A DNA stretch of 53,971 nucleotides from a virus (IMGVR_UViG_3300032292_000484:1-53971), one strand, 5' to 3'. Counted from the first letter of the stretch, positions 26,801-36,963 are shown. Notes: generated from the sequence alone by a model not told the origin. Translations and numbers: made by a program.

Positions 26801-28243
26801 GATGCAGTTGATCAAGGATATCACACATATTCTGTTAAATTTGATATGCCAGACCAAGCAGTAACAACTGCAGGTTTATTTTTTAATATGAAAAGCACAA
26901 CAGAAAGTGATTGGGCATACTTTGTTGAGCTTATTAAATATAACTCAATAAAACCAGGTACCGTTGAACTCTATGATCCACCAAGATACAAGTACGTTCT
27001 GACATTAAGAACAGATAACCAAATAATTGCATGGTCTGAAGTAACAGGTGAATGTCAAAACATCACAAATAATTTTTGTAAAATAATAAATAAAACCGAA
27101 GTAGATGGTAAATATGAGTATGATTATATTAATGATGATTCTTTTAACCTTAAGGTAGTTCACTACCTTTCAGATGGAACAACTGGTGAAGATGGAACCC
27201 CTGAAATTAAGAGAAACATTATTTCTGTATTTTTAAATAATGTTGAATTAAATGGATGGCAAGTTCCTGGACCCACAGCAGGCTCTGAAACAAATGGAAC
27301 TGGTTTTAACCCAACAAGCATAAATCCATTAACTGGAGTAAGAAGAAAACCTTCTGTTGCAAACGATATGAATCTTGGAACAAAGTTTGGCTTTGTATCA
27401 TCATCATCTCCAAACCTCATAGATGGTCTTTATCCACAGCTTCCGTTCCCAACTTCAAACTCAAACCATGCATCATCTTTAAGAGAAATACATGCAACCA
27501 CAAAACCTTTAATAGAAAGAAGCGTAAGCTATTTTTATCAGGATAGACAATTTTTAAATGGTTTAATTCAAGATCAAAACCTAGCTTCTTTGTCTCCAAG
27601 CTATATTATGCAAACAACGCCTTCAGTTTCTGGCATTAATGTTTATGATGTACAATATACATCTCCAGCAGCTGTCAGTGTTGATGTACTTCCTGTTGAA
27701 TATCTTTGGTATTACTTTCCAGGAGATACCCCGCAAGATCAAAAAAATTATCAGAAAAAGCTTGTTGATGAACATTCTTTGTCATACTCAACACCTATCA
27801 ACACTGGATTTAGAGCAAAGTTAGCAATTGCAAATAATGCACCACACCTTGTATTTTTACGTAAAGAGTCAGATGATCTAAATCAATTTACAATTAACCT
27901 TAATCTATGGACACATGAAATTGTTGCACCATCAGATCCAGAGATTCTTGAAAGAATCATTGATGAATCAAACCCTTCTGAAGTTGTACAGCTTGACTCT
28001 CAGTGGATTCAGTCTAAAGAAGCAGCAACAAAGATGTTAAAGATAGTTCAGATGGCAATAGATGGTTTTTCAAAAACAGTTCTATTAGAAATTTTTGGAA
28101 ATCCATTAATACAGGTTGGTGACGTAATTACTTTGAACTATTCTCTTAATGGTATTAGCGGACAGAAGTATATGGTCCAATCAGTAAGCCACAGCTTTGA
28201 GCAGGGGCTTTCTACATCACTAAAAATGAACAGGCTTGAATAA
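23867..28243 (+). CDS. tail tip / baseplate hub protein
   Basis: 1458 aa after Dit; YIDEYGIMKF, QLDSQWIQSKEAA, LEIFGNPLIQVGDVI...YMVQSVSHS hub-type motifs. Confidence 0.75.
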   Translation: MLNVGALTQTQSTDIFTKSDSIKLLPVVSAEWNHNLFNPPYITTAGTGAVINWTSEVTTPDVTTGKKENFTTKSFNMSGGTGSVSYTKSGLSGKAYKIITYIKTNSSTPVMITAFAKGTSNQYGSESIEADSLGWTKAITYIGSYGSLETISSFVYKITANSISGDEVNPTVYFTKPEIYETTKFDLYNNSLFPTDAPFKYFRPGESYVSTGNAKYSFPEKHRKITSKLLNTETLSAGVYGNKYSPISSILQNPSFFLAAPPMPTVKSALPSDLAPYKYFVSDSTSKSITAIYKTSILTNKLVLKFNTLMAVPTINISINDSVITVDGSQAIVPPTNSDSVRTGVIVLYWTGSAWTKTPWTTMPQFNSAGALSISTNINKITVTQTLSQPKTEMSSVTGVSTPTSNIALDLQRMHLIEISPRLEIDLTDFVENVDIEKSLDSAKTALPLSSINTNDARISLSAIPAINGSTLVPIFSSQSNQTSTVLANILRKNIKFYINFNLVDYVTAGSTPTINSNPYIPGGVFYSDTWEENDIANVSIQCFDVSRYLQSTPVPDYVANLKTVFEVITNILDLAGFTDYDYDSLYKICNSKSNPLDLSYYYCNSKDTTVLDALSQIFIAYQIGAYIDEYGIMKFLSLKDILSSPASIMTISDSDILEGGFTISNAAKPGKIALRYQTPKVKQSPSLQNVTNLEIKNSPSFIYTTSNDVVWQQQTIDSVGFNYLDATMSEDSNVFKINNNDLMDIFHTFNMNNEGYAAIENEIVSFVYKEYELTNMDNNNSKKVSIKNNLQLSSEINQFIKESGVLLKQKSAIVTNAIGDGVLTTYTAENNFATGDRITISGMVPTEFNISGTVLEADSTSFIMLTTSHSLNPVTKAGAAITASTSDILITPTGNITNVKRGMFGTAASEHKRITSLASKGLSEKKIDGYYNTISSSNTASIINSKTANASITDILPSIDKIRVQTFGTDKTIIYPTDAVDQGYHTYSVKFDMPDQAVTTAGLFFNMKSTTESDWAYFVELIKYNSIKPGTVELYDPPRYKYVLTLRTDNQIIAWSEVTGECQNITNNFCKIINKTEVDGKYEYDYINDDSFNLKVVHYLSDGTTGEDGTPEIKRNIISVFLNNVELNGWQVPGPTAGSETNGTGFNPTSINPLTGVRRKPSVANDMNLGTKFGFVSSSSPNLIDGLYPQLPFPTSNSNHASSLREIHATTKPLIERSVSYFYQDRQFLNGLIQDQNLASLSPSYIMQTTPSVSGINVYDVQYTSPAAVSVDVLPVEYLWYYFPGDTPQDQKNYQKKLVDEHSLSYSTPINTGFRAKLAIANNAPHLVFLRKESDDLNQFTINLNLWTHEIVAPSDPEILERIIDESNPSEVVQLDSQWIQSKEAATKMLKIVQMAIDGFSKTVLLEIFGNPLIQVGDVITLNYSLNGISGQKYMVQSVSHSFEQGLSTSLKMNRLE

Positions 28244-28254
28244 TACCATCGCTA

Positions 28255-28263
28255 TGGTATAAT
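28255..28263 (+). promoter_or_regulatory. extended -10 promoter TGGTATAAT
   Basis: Consensus, intergenic; AGGAG RBS before ATG 28283. Confidence 0.7.
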
Positions 28264-28282
28264 TGAAATCTAGGAGACCACA

Positions 28283-28807
28283 ATGGCATATATCAAAATA
28301 TCAGATCCAAACGTAATAGACCTTGCTGCATGGCAGCAAGTTATCAATGTTGTTAATCAGCATAGCGATAGTATTACTGCTATAACTAACAACTTTGGAA
28401 GCCAGGGAACAGGCGAAACAAACTGGAATGGTACATCAGATTTATCTCATGAGTATGACCCAGGATCACAAAAAATTGTTTACGGAAAAAATAAATTTAT
28501 TACAGCAGATGCTGCATTTTTTACATCAACAGATAATAAGAAGCATGTCTACTATGGAGAAGTTGTATTTGCAGATGAAGTGTCTGGAGCAACATCATTT
28601 AGTGCAATGCCAATTGTTACATGTTCATTATATTTTAGTAGCCCAACAGCTACAACATCTGGCGCTAATCTAATAGTGACAGCTCAATCAATAACAGAAG
28701 CAGGATTTACATACAGAGTTATGGATTCAAGAAGTACACAAGCAGCTGGAGTTCCTATTGTTGCAACACAATTTTATATAAACTGGATGGCAATTGGGCC
28801 AAAATAA
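28283..28807 (+). CDS. minor tail / short fibre protein (gp53-like or H-type lectin-like C-terminus)
   Basis: V.F...FSAMPIVT...ITEAGFT...INWMAIG is a common phage fibre C-terminal fold signature. Confidence 0.6.
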   Translation: MAYIKISDPNVIDLAAWQQVINVVNQHSDSITAITNNFGSQGTGETNWNGTSDLSHEYDPGSQKIVYGKNKFITADAAFFTSTDNKKHVYYGEVVFADEVSGATSFSAMPIVTCSLYFSSPTATTSGANLIVTAQSITEAGFTYRVMDSRSTQAAGVPIVATQFYINWMAIGPK

Positions 28808-28820
28808 ATAAGAGGCCAAA

Positions 28821-31800
28821 TTGAAATCAAAATATACAAGCGGAAAATCAGTTGGTAAAAACCAAACGGTACCAATTGATGTTGATGACCCAAGATTAAA
28901 GCCAGGTAAGATAGGACAAACAAAAGCACGACAAGGTGCTGAAATTGATGTTATTGGCCTAGATGGTAAATCATTAATAATGGGTGGAAGAGGATTAAAC
29001 AACTCTACAGGTTCAACTCCATATTTTCCACCAGTGCCTCCAGATTTTAGTCCTATTATTCCAAGAGGTGGAAATAAACCTCCTAAAACATACCCTGGCG
29101 GTTCAGGACCTATTATTATTGTTCCAACAGATCCTACAAATGTTACTGCTGAATGGGTTAATAATGATTTAGTTATATCCTTTGATTGGGATTATGCAAA
29201 CGATGTTAATGATTCTGTATCACAGTTTATTGTTCAGCTCACTTCTGGCGGTGTAACAAAGAGATCACAATCAAATATTTTCTTACCAAATACTACACAA
29301 ACTAGACAAACCATCACAGTAACAAAATCAATTATTACATCTATGTTTAACGTATTTAAAACAGGATTTTCTTCTATATGTGTATTAACTGCAGACCCAT
29401 TAAATAACATAAGTAATACGATTTGTGCATTAACCATTCCAACTTATGTTTTAAGTCTGCCAGTTCCAGTAATTACAGTTTCACCAATAGCGGGTGGATA
29501 CAGTGTTGCATACACTACACCAACAGAAGACGTATATGATGCAATTGATATTGCAGAGTATGAGTCAACAAGTGCAACAGAACCAACTGGTGTTACATAT
29601 ACACGAACATATTTAGGAACTATTAATCCAGCAAATATTATTTCTTCTGGATCTAATAAGAGATGGGTTAAGGCAAGGTTTTCTTCTGATGCTGGTATTT
29701 ATACTGCATACTCCGCTGCACAAGCAGTAACACCAACAAGCCCTGTAGTTGCAGATAATGAGGGTCCACCAGACATTACATCACTCACCACATCTGGCGG
29801 AATAGATTCTAAAGGAACCATTGGATTTAATGGCTATGTTGATCTTTCGTGGGGCGCTATAACAGCTGGAGATATTCGTGGGTACAGAATAAGATATAGG
29901 CCAGTCTCAAATCCAGTGTCAAATTATTCTTATGCAGATTCAAAAGGATCTGGAACATCTTATAGGCTACATGGACTAAGCATTGGAGCAACATATGAAA
30001 TTGCCGTTGCAACATATGATCAATACAACAATCTTTCTTCAAATTACTTTGCTGGCAATAATGTTGAGATAGGTGGAACACCCTATATTGCAAGTGAAAC
30101 TGTGAATGTTTCTGGATATTTTAAAGCAAAAGCGAATGCATCTGATTTAGACAGCACAGCTTTTAAGTTTGGATATGGAATTCAAGACTCTGGTCCATCA
30201 CAACGTGGATTAAGGTTTAACACATACAACTATTGGCGTATTGATTCAGATCAATCAGCTTCAATAAGAGTTGGTGGAGAAAATTCAAACTATATTGAAT
30301 GGAGCGGTTCTGATTTTGTAATTGATGGAAATATCTCTGCAAGAAAAGGAACATTTAGTGGCAACGTTACAATTGCTGGCGGAGGATCTCTTCAATCATT
30401 TATTACACCACCAACAGTATTTGCAATATCTGGAGTTACTTATACGCCAACAGCTGCAACCTATACAGCAACAGCCCACGGGTATGTGGTTGGAGATGAC
30501 ATACTTGTTTCTGGACTTTTGCCAGAAGGTTACAACGGCAAATTTAGAGTAACAGCACAAACAGCAAATACTTTTACAGTAGCTAATACAACTAACGCAG
30601 TTCTTACAGATAGTGTTGGATCAGTTATTAAGATTACAGGAACTGGGTTTGTATTAAATAAAGATGGTATAGCTTTTAACTCTTCAACAACTAGAGACAT
30701 AACAACAATAAGATCATCAGATGGACTCTTTACAACAAAGAGTGCAAACATTGGTGGATGGAATGTAGACTCATCATCTATATCAAGATCTGGAACTGCA
30801 AACATATCTTTAAATTCAAGTGCTGGAAATATATCTGTAAGTTCACAAAACATTGCTGGCTACACAGCTGGTATAAATGGTCCATATATCTCTACTGGTG
30901 ATACACCATCAGATAATATTAATGGAACACCAATTGGAACTGAGAACGTATTTTGGGCAGGATCTGACTCACTTGGCCCAATAGGAACAACTCATGCTTT
31001 TAGAGTGACGCTAGCTGGAAACCTATATGCATCAAATGCTAAGATTACTGGAACGGTGTCCAGCGTTGGTGCACTAGGAACAATGACTATGGACGGCGAG
31101 CATGGATACATGTCTCTTCAAACAGCAGGCGTTGGTGCATCTGGATCAGTTTCTTATTTGGTTCCAAGAAATAATAATATTTATTTAACAAGTCCAACAC
31201 CTCTTAGTCAACCACCTTGGTCAGTTGGAAAACAAATAGCATCTAGTGGTCCAACAAATGGGCCATATCTTGCAGTTGGATCAGAATTTAAAGACTATTG
31301 GAATAATACTTCTGTCAAAGGTGTAGGACTATATACAGGAAGTTGGGATTATTTTACTCTTGGTAGAAGCGATCCATTCATCACTGCAAGCACAACTGGC
31401 ATTCAACTATCAGTAAGCCCAGAACTTGGACTTCTTTTAGATGCAGGAACCAATGCAACTGGAAACAAGCTTAATCCAGCAATTCCAACAGGTTCAAAGT
31501 CAATGCTGTTTTATACTGCAAAAAGAACTACCCTTGGTCCAAATGGGCAGCCAGTGTATTCTCCCAATACGGAATACGGTGCATGGGCCTCGTTTACTAA
31601 TAATACTATTAAGCTAACTGCTGATGAATTTTTGTTTATAAATATACAAGGATCAGCAACTGCAGCAGATAGAAAGATTCTTATGAAGGCAACAGATCTT
31701 ATTGCTTATCAAATGAATTCAGATGGTATCAAAATAATGATTGATGATGATACCCATCAAACATTTTTGAATGATAAGATTAAGATTCAGGCAACAGCTA

Positions 31801-32285
31801 ATGTATATCAAACACTTGACTCAACTGGAATTAAGATTCAATCTACAACAGATATTTGGCAACAATTTACATCAACCAAAATAAGAACACAAATATCAAG
31901 TGGCGTATATCAAGAGTTTGATTCATCATCAATAACATTAACTTCAGGATTGTCTATTGCAGCAGATGCCCAGACTGGTATATATGCTGGACTATCAAAG
32001 ATTGTTATTGATACAGTTGGTGTTAACATCACTGGTATTCCACGAGCAGCAACATTTGATATGGCTGACTATAGAACTGCACCAGGACAACAAGGAAATT
32101 ATAGAAATAGACCACCCATGGGATATTTGCCAAGACAAAGAGCAATTATTGAAGACCCAGTAACTGGTAGAGCAGAGCTTGGATTTGGTATATACTATCT
32201 GGATCTAAGCAAAATAAATATAGATGAGACAGGCTCTCCATCTGATAATACGGGTATTGTAGGAGATCTTGCGGTGATGTTCTAA
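28821..32285 (+). CDS. minor tail protein with fibronectin type III domains
   Basis: PTDPTNVTA, VDLSW...GYRIRYRP...LHGLSIGATYEIAVATYD (FN3); FVIDGNISARKGTFSG, ANIGGWNV; beta-repeat C-terminal region. Confidence 0.7.
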   Translation: MKSKYTSGKSVGKNQTVPIDVDDPRLKPGKIGQTKARQGAEIDVIGLDGKSLIMGGRGLNNSTGSTPYFPPVPPDFSPIIPRGGNKPPKTYPGGSGPIIIVPTDPTNVTAEWVNNDLVISFDWDYANDVNDSVSQFIVQLTSGGVTKRSQSNIFLPNTTQTRQTITVTKSIITSMFNVFKTGFSSICVLTADPLNNISNTICALTIPTYVLSLPVPVITVSPIAGGYSVAYTTPTEDVYDAIDIAEYESTSATEPTGVTYTRTYLGTINPANIISSGSNKRWVKARFSSDAGIYTAYSAAQAVTPTSPVVADNEGPPDITSLTTSGGIDSKGTIGFNGYVDLSWGAITAGDIRGYRIRYRPVSNPVSNYSYADSKGSGTSYRLHGLSIGATYEIAVATYDQYNNLSSNYFAGNNVEIGGTPYIASETVNVSGYFKAKANASDLDSTAFKFGYGIQDSGPSQRGLRFNTYNYWRIDSDQSASIRVGGENSNYIEWSGSDFVIDGNISARKGTFSGNVTIAGGGSLQSFITPPTVFAISGVTYTPTAATYTATAHGYVVGDDILVSGLLPEGYNGKFRVTAQTANTFTVANTTNAVLTDSVGSVIKITGTGFVLNKDGIAFNSSTTRDITTIRSSDGLFTTKSANIGGWNVDSSSISRSGTANISLNSSAGNISVSSQNIAGYTAGINGPYISTGDTPSDNINGTPIGTENVFWAGSDSLGPIGTTHAFRVTLAGNLYASNAKITGTVSSVGALGTMTMDGEHGYMSLQTAGVGASGSVSYLVPRNNNIYLTSPTPLSQPPWSVGKQIASSGPTNGPYLAVGSEFKDYWNNTSVKGVGLYTGSWDYFTLGRSDPFITASTTGIQLSVSPELGLLLDAGTNATGNKLNPAIPTGSKSMLFYTAKRTTLGPNGQPVYSPNTEYGAWASFTNNTIKLTADEFLFINIQGSATAADRKILMKATDLIAYQMNSDGIKIMIDDDTHQTFLNDKIKIQATANVYQTLDSTGIKIQSTTDIWQQFTSTKIRTQISSGVYQEFDSSSITLTSGLSIAADAQTGIYAGLSKIVIDTVGVNITGIPRAATFDMADYRTAPGQQGNYRNRPPMGYLPRQRAIIEDPVTGRAELGFGIYYLDLSKINIDETGSPSDNTGIVGDLAVMF

Positions 32286-35200
32286 TGGTTTTTTTTGTAA
32301 AAAATCCAACTGGGTGGAAAACAATAAGTAATGTTTTTGTAAAAAAACCAGATGATATTATAACAGGTGGTATTTGGACACAGGTAGTAAAAGCATTTAT
32401 AAAAACAACCAATGGTTGGAAAATATTTCTTAGTGAAACTATACCATTTGTAAAATCTTCTGATCCACCATTATTATATGTAGTTGATCCAGATGGTTTT
32501 GCAGCTCCAGATATTGGGGCATACAATACATACAAAATGTATTTAACAAGAGGTAAGTGGATTAACAATCCACGTACTTTTGAAATGAAAATTCAAAGAT
32601 CAACTTTGGCAGGATTTGGTACTGTTACAAATTTAATTAGTGAAACAAAAACATACACATCTTACAGTGATACTCCTTTTGAATCTCAGATTCCTTTGAC
32701 TATAGCTAATAGACCAATATTTACAAATGCACTTACTAGAGCTGGAAACTATTATAGAGGTTTTATAAAGGCAACAAATGCAACTGGTTTATTTAATGAG
32801 TATACTACTCCAGTAGTTAAACCAAGAATTGACGCACAAGTGTCTATTATACAGAATCTTGGTGGAACTATTGGAACCAACATAACTGCAAACGGTGGAA
32901 CATTTTCTTGGCTGTACGATGGTTACGAAACTATTGTAGCTGCAGATGTTTTTTCTCAAACAATAAGTTTTTATAAAGCATCAGACCCTCTTGCAACTAC
33001 AGTTTATTCTCAGACTATATCTCCAGGAACTTCAACATCTGCTGCACCAACAAACACGGTAATTATATCAAATTCTGCATTAGAAGCAAACACAGAATAC
33101 GTAGTTACACTTTCTGTAGTAATGAACGATCTATGGAAAAATGAAGTTTTACAACAAACCACAAATTCAGATACTGGAACTTTTACAACAAGTGCAAGCA
33201 AGCCAGAAACACCATTGATATCATCTGCTACAGATGTTGGCACTGATCGCCCATATAATGATGGAGCTGTTTCTTTAGTTTGGACCCAACCAACAGGTGC
33301 AGCAGTAACAGGATATAAAATAGAATACTCTACTGGAGATCACATAGCTTATGTAGTTCTTAATAGCAATACTGGAACTACAACTACTTCAGGAATTTTT
33401 ACAGGTTTAACAACAGGAGTAAGTTATAAATTTTATGTAACAGCACTAAGTTCTGGACAAAATTCAAATAGATCTTCTGCAAGTAGTTCTGTTTTAATTA
33501 CCACCGTTCCAAGCGTTCCAAGACTAGTTGGAGCGACTGCTGGAAATGCACAAGCTGTTGTTTTTTGGGAATTGCCAACAAGCAATGGCGGAAAAACCAT
33601 AATTGATTATAGAGCAACATCAGTTCCAGGAGGATTTACTGCAACAGCAACTGGTTTAGAAGCAACAGTTACTGGATTAACAAATTATAATCCATACGCA
33701 TTTACAGTATCTGCTAGAAATTTAAATGGTCGTTCTGCAGAATCTTCTCCATCAAATTATGTAATACCATTCCTACCAGCACCTGTTGGCAGCGGTACAG
33801 TAACAATAACCTATGACTCTGTATCTAGTTATGTATATAAAATAACAGCATATGGAACATGGTCAAACGATGCAACTACATATGATTATGAATGGCAAAC
33901 TAGTCCAAATAATAGCACATGGACAACCAGGGCTTCTGGAACAAATGTTGCTACTATTCCAAACTATAACGCTGTATCATATAAGGGTAGCTTCATCAGA
34001 TTAAGAGTATATGGTAGGAATCAAACAGGAGCATCCTCAACACCTCTTGTCAGCTCTAACAATGTTGTGTTTTACACAACACCAGTTGTAAACTCTTTTA
34101 CTGTTACAGGTGGAAACTCATCTGTTTCATACTCATATTCATACTCTGCAGATGATCCAACAGTTAGTATTGAAATAGGATATAAGCTATCTTCTTCAAC
34201 AACTTGGACAACAGTAATACCCACATCATCTTCAGGAACTATAAGCTTAACAAATGGAACATATGACTTTAGACTTTATGTAATAAACTCAGCATCAGGA
34301 GCATTTAGAATAGGTGATGCCTATGTAAGTGCAGTTACAGTTGTATCGCCTACAATAAATAATATATCTATTTCAAATGCAACCTTAGCCCCATCTGCTG
34401 CAACAAGTATAAGTGTGTATAATACACCACCATCAAACACAGGTAATGTTACATGGGCAAATGGAGCTAATAGTGCAGCATCAGGAATATTTACTGTAAC
34501 TGGTGCTGGATCAGGTGGAACGTCTCCAGGAAACCCTTCATCATTAGCAACATCAGATACATTTACAGTTACATCTACTGGAACAGCAAACGTAACAATT
34601 AGAGCAACAAATACACCACGTGTTATTGCAACATGGGCACAAGCAAATGCACAAAGCCATAAAATTTTATATTCAGTAAGTGGTATTCCAGGCACGCAAG
34701 TTTATAATGGAAACTCTTCTGACGCAAATCCGCAGGTACTGCTTGCAACTAGTGCTAATACAGTTACCCTTCAGAGTATCACCGTATATCCAAGTCTTAA
34801 TCAAGTAGGAACTGGAGTTTTACTAGCATCAACTGCTTCTGCAACAGGTGCAACAGTAGTAACAGATACAGTAGGATCTGGATCTGTAACACGTACTCTA
34901 TTGGCAGCATACACACCAACATTTTCTGCAACATATACAATAAATGCAGATGGGTGGACTGGAAATATTTCTAATTTCTCTAATAGCTTTACATGGGGAA
35001 TATCAACATCTGCTGGATCTGTTTCATTTGGGGCACCAGGAAATGTTAATACTGGTAACTATCAATTTACAGTAACTGGACTTACTCCAGGTCAACAAGC
35101 TACTGTTACAGTTACTACAACCAATCCTGCATACAACCAGGGTTCAGCTACACAAACACTATCTGCTGCTACTGGATCTGCACTAGTACCAACATTTGGA

Positions 35201-36436
35201 ACTAATACATCAACATCCACAGGTTTTACTGGTTTTGTAAATAACTATAATTCTTCCTGGACTACATGGGATATATCAACAAATTCAGGCAGTGTTTCTT
35301 GGGGAACTCCAAGTGGTAGCAATTATCCATTTACTGTTACTGGACTTAGTGCTGGAGCATCTGCAACTGTAACTGTTACAACAGGTAGAACTGGATATAA
35401 CAGTGGTTTAGGTCAGACATCAGGATCAGCAACCTCAGCAACCTACACATTTGCAATGGGAAATAAAATAAGTGTATCTACCAATGGATACATAAGCTTA
35501 GGTACATCTAGTGCAGTAACTGCAAATACAGCAGATGCAGTAACTAGTACAACGGGTTTAGTTTTTGCTGTAATGCCAAGAGATATGCAACAAACATCTC
35601 TGCATTATTGGGGAGATGCATCTTCGTATGTAGTAAGGTGGTTAGGATATCAATATAATACCCCAGCAAATATAATGGAGTATGAAGCAAAATTTTATCC
35701 AGGACAACAGTATGCTGATATGTATGTTATACAAAGATATGTTGTTCAAGCTAATGCCTTTGCATTTGTAAATAATGGATCTGCTGTAACAAGCTATCCA
35801 AGTATGCCAACTAATGCTAGTAGATACCGTGTTAATTTTAATACATCTGCCCCAACCAGCCTTGCTGGAGGATACTCACCAAGATCTACTACGCTGATGT
35901 TCCTTGCTCCACAGCCATCTAGCATAGATCAGGGAGAAACAACAATTACCACTGCAGTCACTGGAGATCCTTCTGTAAACCCATTCTTCCCACCATTCTT
36001 CCCTCCATTCTTCCCACCATTCTTCCCTCCATTCTTCCCACCATTCTTCCCACCGTTCTTCCCGTTCTTCCCAACTTTTGAATCACCGTTCTTCCCACCG
36101 TTCTTCCCTCCATTCTTCCCACCTTTCTTCCCACCATTCTTCCCGTTCTTCCCAAGCTTTGCAGTTGCAGCACCAACAATTTCTAATCTTTCAGTTAGTG
36201 GAACAACATCCAGGACTGGAAGAACTGTAAGCTGGACATCCACTGGTCAGCTTTCATATTCTATTACAACCTCTCCTTCTACAGCTCTTAATGGATCAGT
36301 TGGTGCTACTGCTACATCCAGACTATTTACTGGATTAACTGGTCCAACAACTTATTCCGTTACGGTAACCGTTTACTCAGCAGCCAACCAGACTGGAACC
36401 TCGGCATCTGCTACAACAACCTTCTCAACAGTTTGA
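32285..36436 (+). CDS. Ser/Thr-rich multi-FN3/Ig tail fibre or adhesin with (PPFF)n tract
   Basis: Several FN3 repeats (VSLVWTQP..VTGYKIEY..GLTTGVSYKFYV; PSVPR..ATAGNAQAVVFW..P.SNGG); ISVSTNGYISLG; PPFF tract near the C-terminus. Confidence 0.72.
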   Translation: MVFFVKNPTGWKTISNVFVKKPDDIITGGIWTQVVKAFIKTTNGWKIFLSETIPFVKSSDPPLLYVVDPDGFAAPDIGAYNTYKMYLTRGKWINNPRTFEMKIQRSTLAGFGTVTNLISETKTYTSYSDTPFESQIPLTIANRPIFTNALTRAGNYYRGFIKATNATGLFNEYTTPVVKPRIDAQVSIIQNLGGTIGTNITANGGTFSWLYDGYETIVAADVFSQTISFYKASDPLATTVYSQTISPGTSTSAAPTNTVIISNSALEANTEYVVTLSVVMNDLWKNEVLQQTTNSDTGTFTTSASKPETPLISSATDVGTDRPYNDGAVSLVWTQPTGAAVTGYKIEYSTGDHIAYVVLNSNTGTTTTSGIFTGLTTGVSYKFYVTALSSGQNSNRSSASSSVLITTVPSVPRLVGATAGNAQAVVFWELPTSNGGKTIIDYRATSVPGGFTATATGLEATVTGLTNYNPYAFTVSARNLNGRSAESSPSNYVIPFLPAPVGSGTVTITYDSVSSYVYKITAYGTWSNDATTYDYEWQTSPNNSTWTTRASGTNVATIPNYNAVSYKGSFIRLRVYGRNQTGASSTPLVSSNNVVFYTTPVVNSFTVTGGNSSVSYSYSYSADDPTVSIEIGYKLSSSTTWTTVIPTSSSGTISLTNGTYDFRLYVINSASGAFRIGDAYVSAVTVVSPTINNISISNATLAPSAATSISVYNTPPSNTGNVTWANGANSAASGIFTVTGAGSGGTSPGNPSSLATSDTFTVTSTGTANVTIRATNTPRVIATWAQANAQSHKILYSVSGIPGTQVYNGNSSDANPQVLLATSANTVTLQSITVYPSLNQVGTGVLLASTASATGATVVTDTVGSGSVTRTLLAAYTPTFSATYTINADGWTGNISNFSNSFTWGISTSAGSVSFGAPGNVNTGNYQFTVTGLTPGQQATVTVTTTNPAYNQGSATQTLSAATGSALVPTFGTNTSTSTGFTGFVNNYNSSWTTWDISTNSGSVSWGTPSGSNYPFTVTGLSAGASATVTVTTGRTGYNSGLGQTSGSATSATYTFAMGNKISVSTNGYISLGTSSAVTANTADAVTSTTGLVFAVMPRDMQQTSLHYWGDASSYVVRWLGYQYNTPANIMEYEAKFYPGQQYADMYVIQRYVVQANAFAFVNNGSAVTSYPSMPTNASRYRVNFNTSAPTSLAGGYSPRSTTLMFLAPQPSSIDQGETTITTAVTGDPSVNPFFPPFFPPFFPPFFPPFFPPFFPPFFPFFPTFESPFFPPFFPPFFPPFFPPFFPFFPSFAVAAPTISNLSVSGTTSRTGRTVSWTSTGQLSYSITTSPSTALNGSVGATATSRLFTGLTGPTTYSVTVTVYSAANQTGTSASATTTFSTV
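35981..36160 (+). repeat. 12-bp coding tandem repeat CCNCCNTTCTTC = (PPFF)n in two blocks
   Basis: PFF(PPFF)6PFFPTF-ES-PFF(PPFF)4PFFPSF; Pro codons vary at the third position. Confidence 0.95.
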
Positions 36437-36472
36437 TGATGACCATATAAATGTGGATATGGCAAATCAATA

Positions 36473-36481
36473 TGATATACT
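36473..36481 (+). promoter_or_regulatory. extended -10 promoter TGATATACT
   Basis: Motif variant, intergenic; AAGGAG RBS before ATG 36510. Confidence 0.6.
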
Positions 36482-36509
36482 TAATAGGTACTACCAATAA
36501 GGAGCAATA

Positions 36510-36725
36510 ATGGCATACACACTAACAAATGCAGAAAAAGCTGAGATTATCAATCAACGACTAAAGAATTTAGAACGTTCTAAGTTTCATTTTGAAATTA
36601 ATCTTGTTGAAGAATCAGCAGTTCCAGAACCAAAAGCAGCCACGATTGATGATCTTGAATTTCAGATAGATCAAACTAATCTAAAAATTGATGCTGTTTT
36701 AGCAGAATTAGCAAAGGTAGCGTAA
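36510..36725 (+). CDS. small coiled-coil protein (paralogue 1)
   Basis: 71 aa; aligns without gaps to the next gene. Confidence 0.65.
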   Translation: MAYTLTNAEKAEIINQRLKNLERSKFHFEINLVEESAVPEPKAATIDDLEFQIDQTNLKIDAVLAELAKVA

Positions 36726-36729
36726 TCTT

Positions 36730-36945
36730 ATGACAGTACAGCTTAGCAATGAAGACAAAATATCTGTCGTTAATCAACACAAGAGGGCTATTGAGTATAG
36801 CAAGTATAACCTTACAGTATCTCTCATTGAAGAAAACGCTGTCTTGAATAAAGACCAAGATACAATTGATTCTCTAACAGCAAAAATAGCAGACCATGAC
36901 AGCAAGCTTTCAGCACTAGATGCTGAATTAAATTCTTTAGTATAA
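36730..36945 (+). CDS. small coiled-coil protein (paralogue 2)
   Basis: 71 aa; L.N..K...NQ....E.SK......L.EE.AV......TID.L...I.....K..A..AEL shared with the previous gene. Confidence 0.65.
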   Translation: MTVQLSNEDKISVVNQHKRAIEYSKYNLTVSLIEENAVLNKDQDTIDSLTAKIADHDSKLSALDAELNSLV

Positions 36946-36963
36946 CAAACAAGGGGTGGAAAA

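Noticed and set aside
35929-36243. Minus-strand ORFs with GGKN / GRMV repeats
   Set aside because: Antisense shadows of the PPFF repeat; no RBS or promoter, and they oppose the uniform + orientation.
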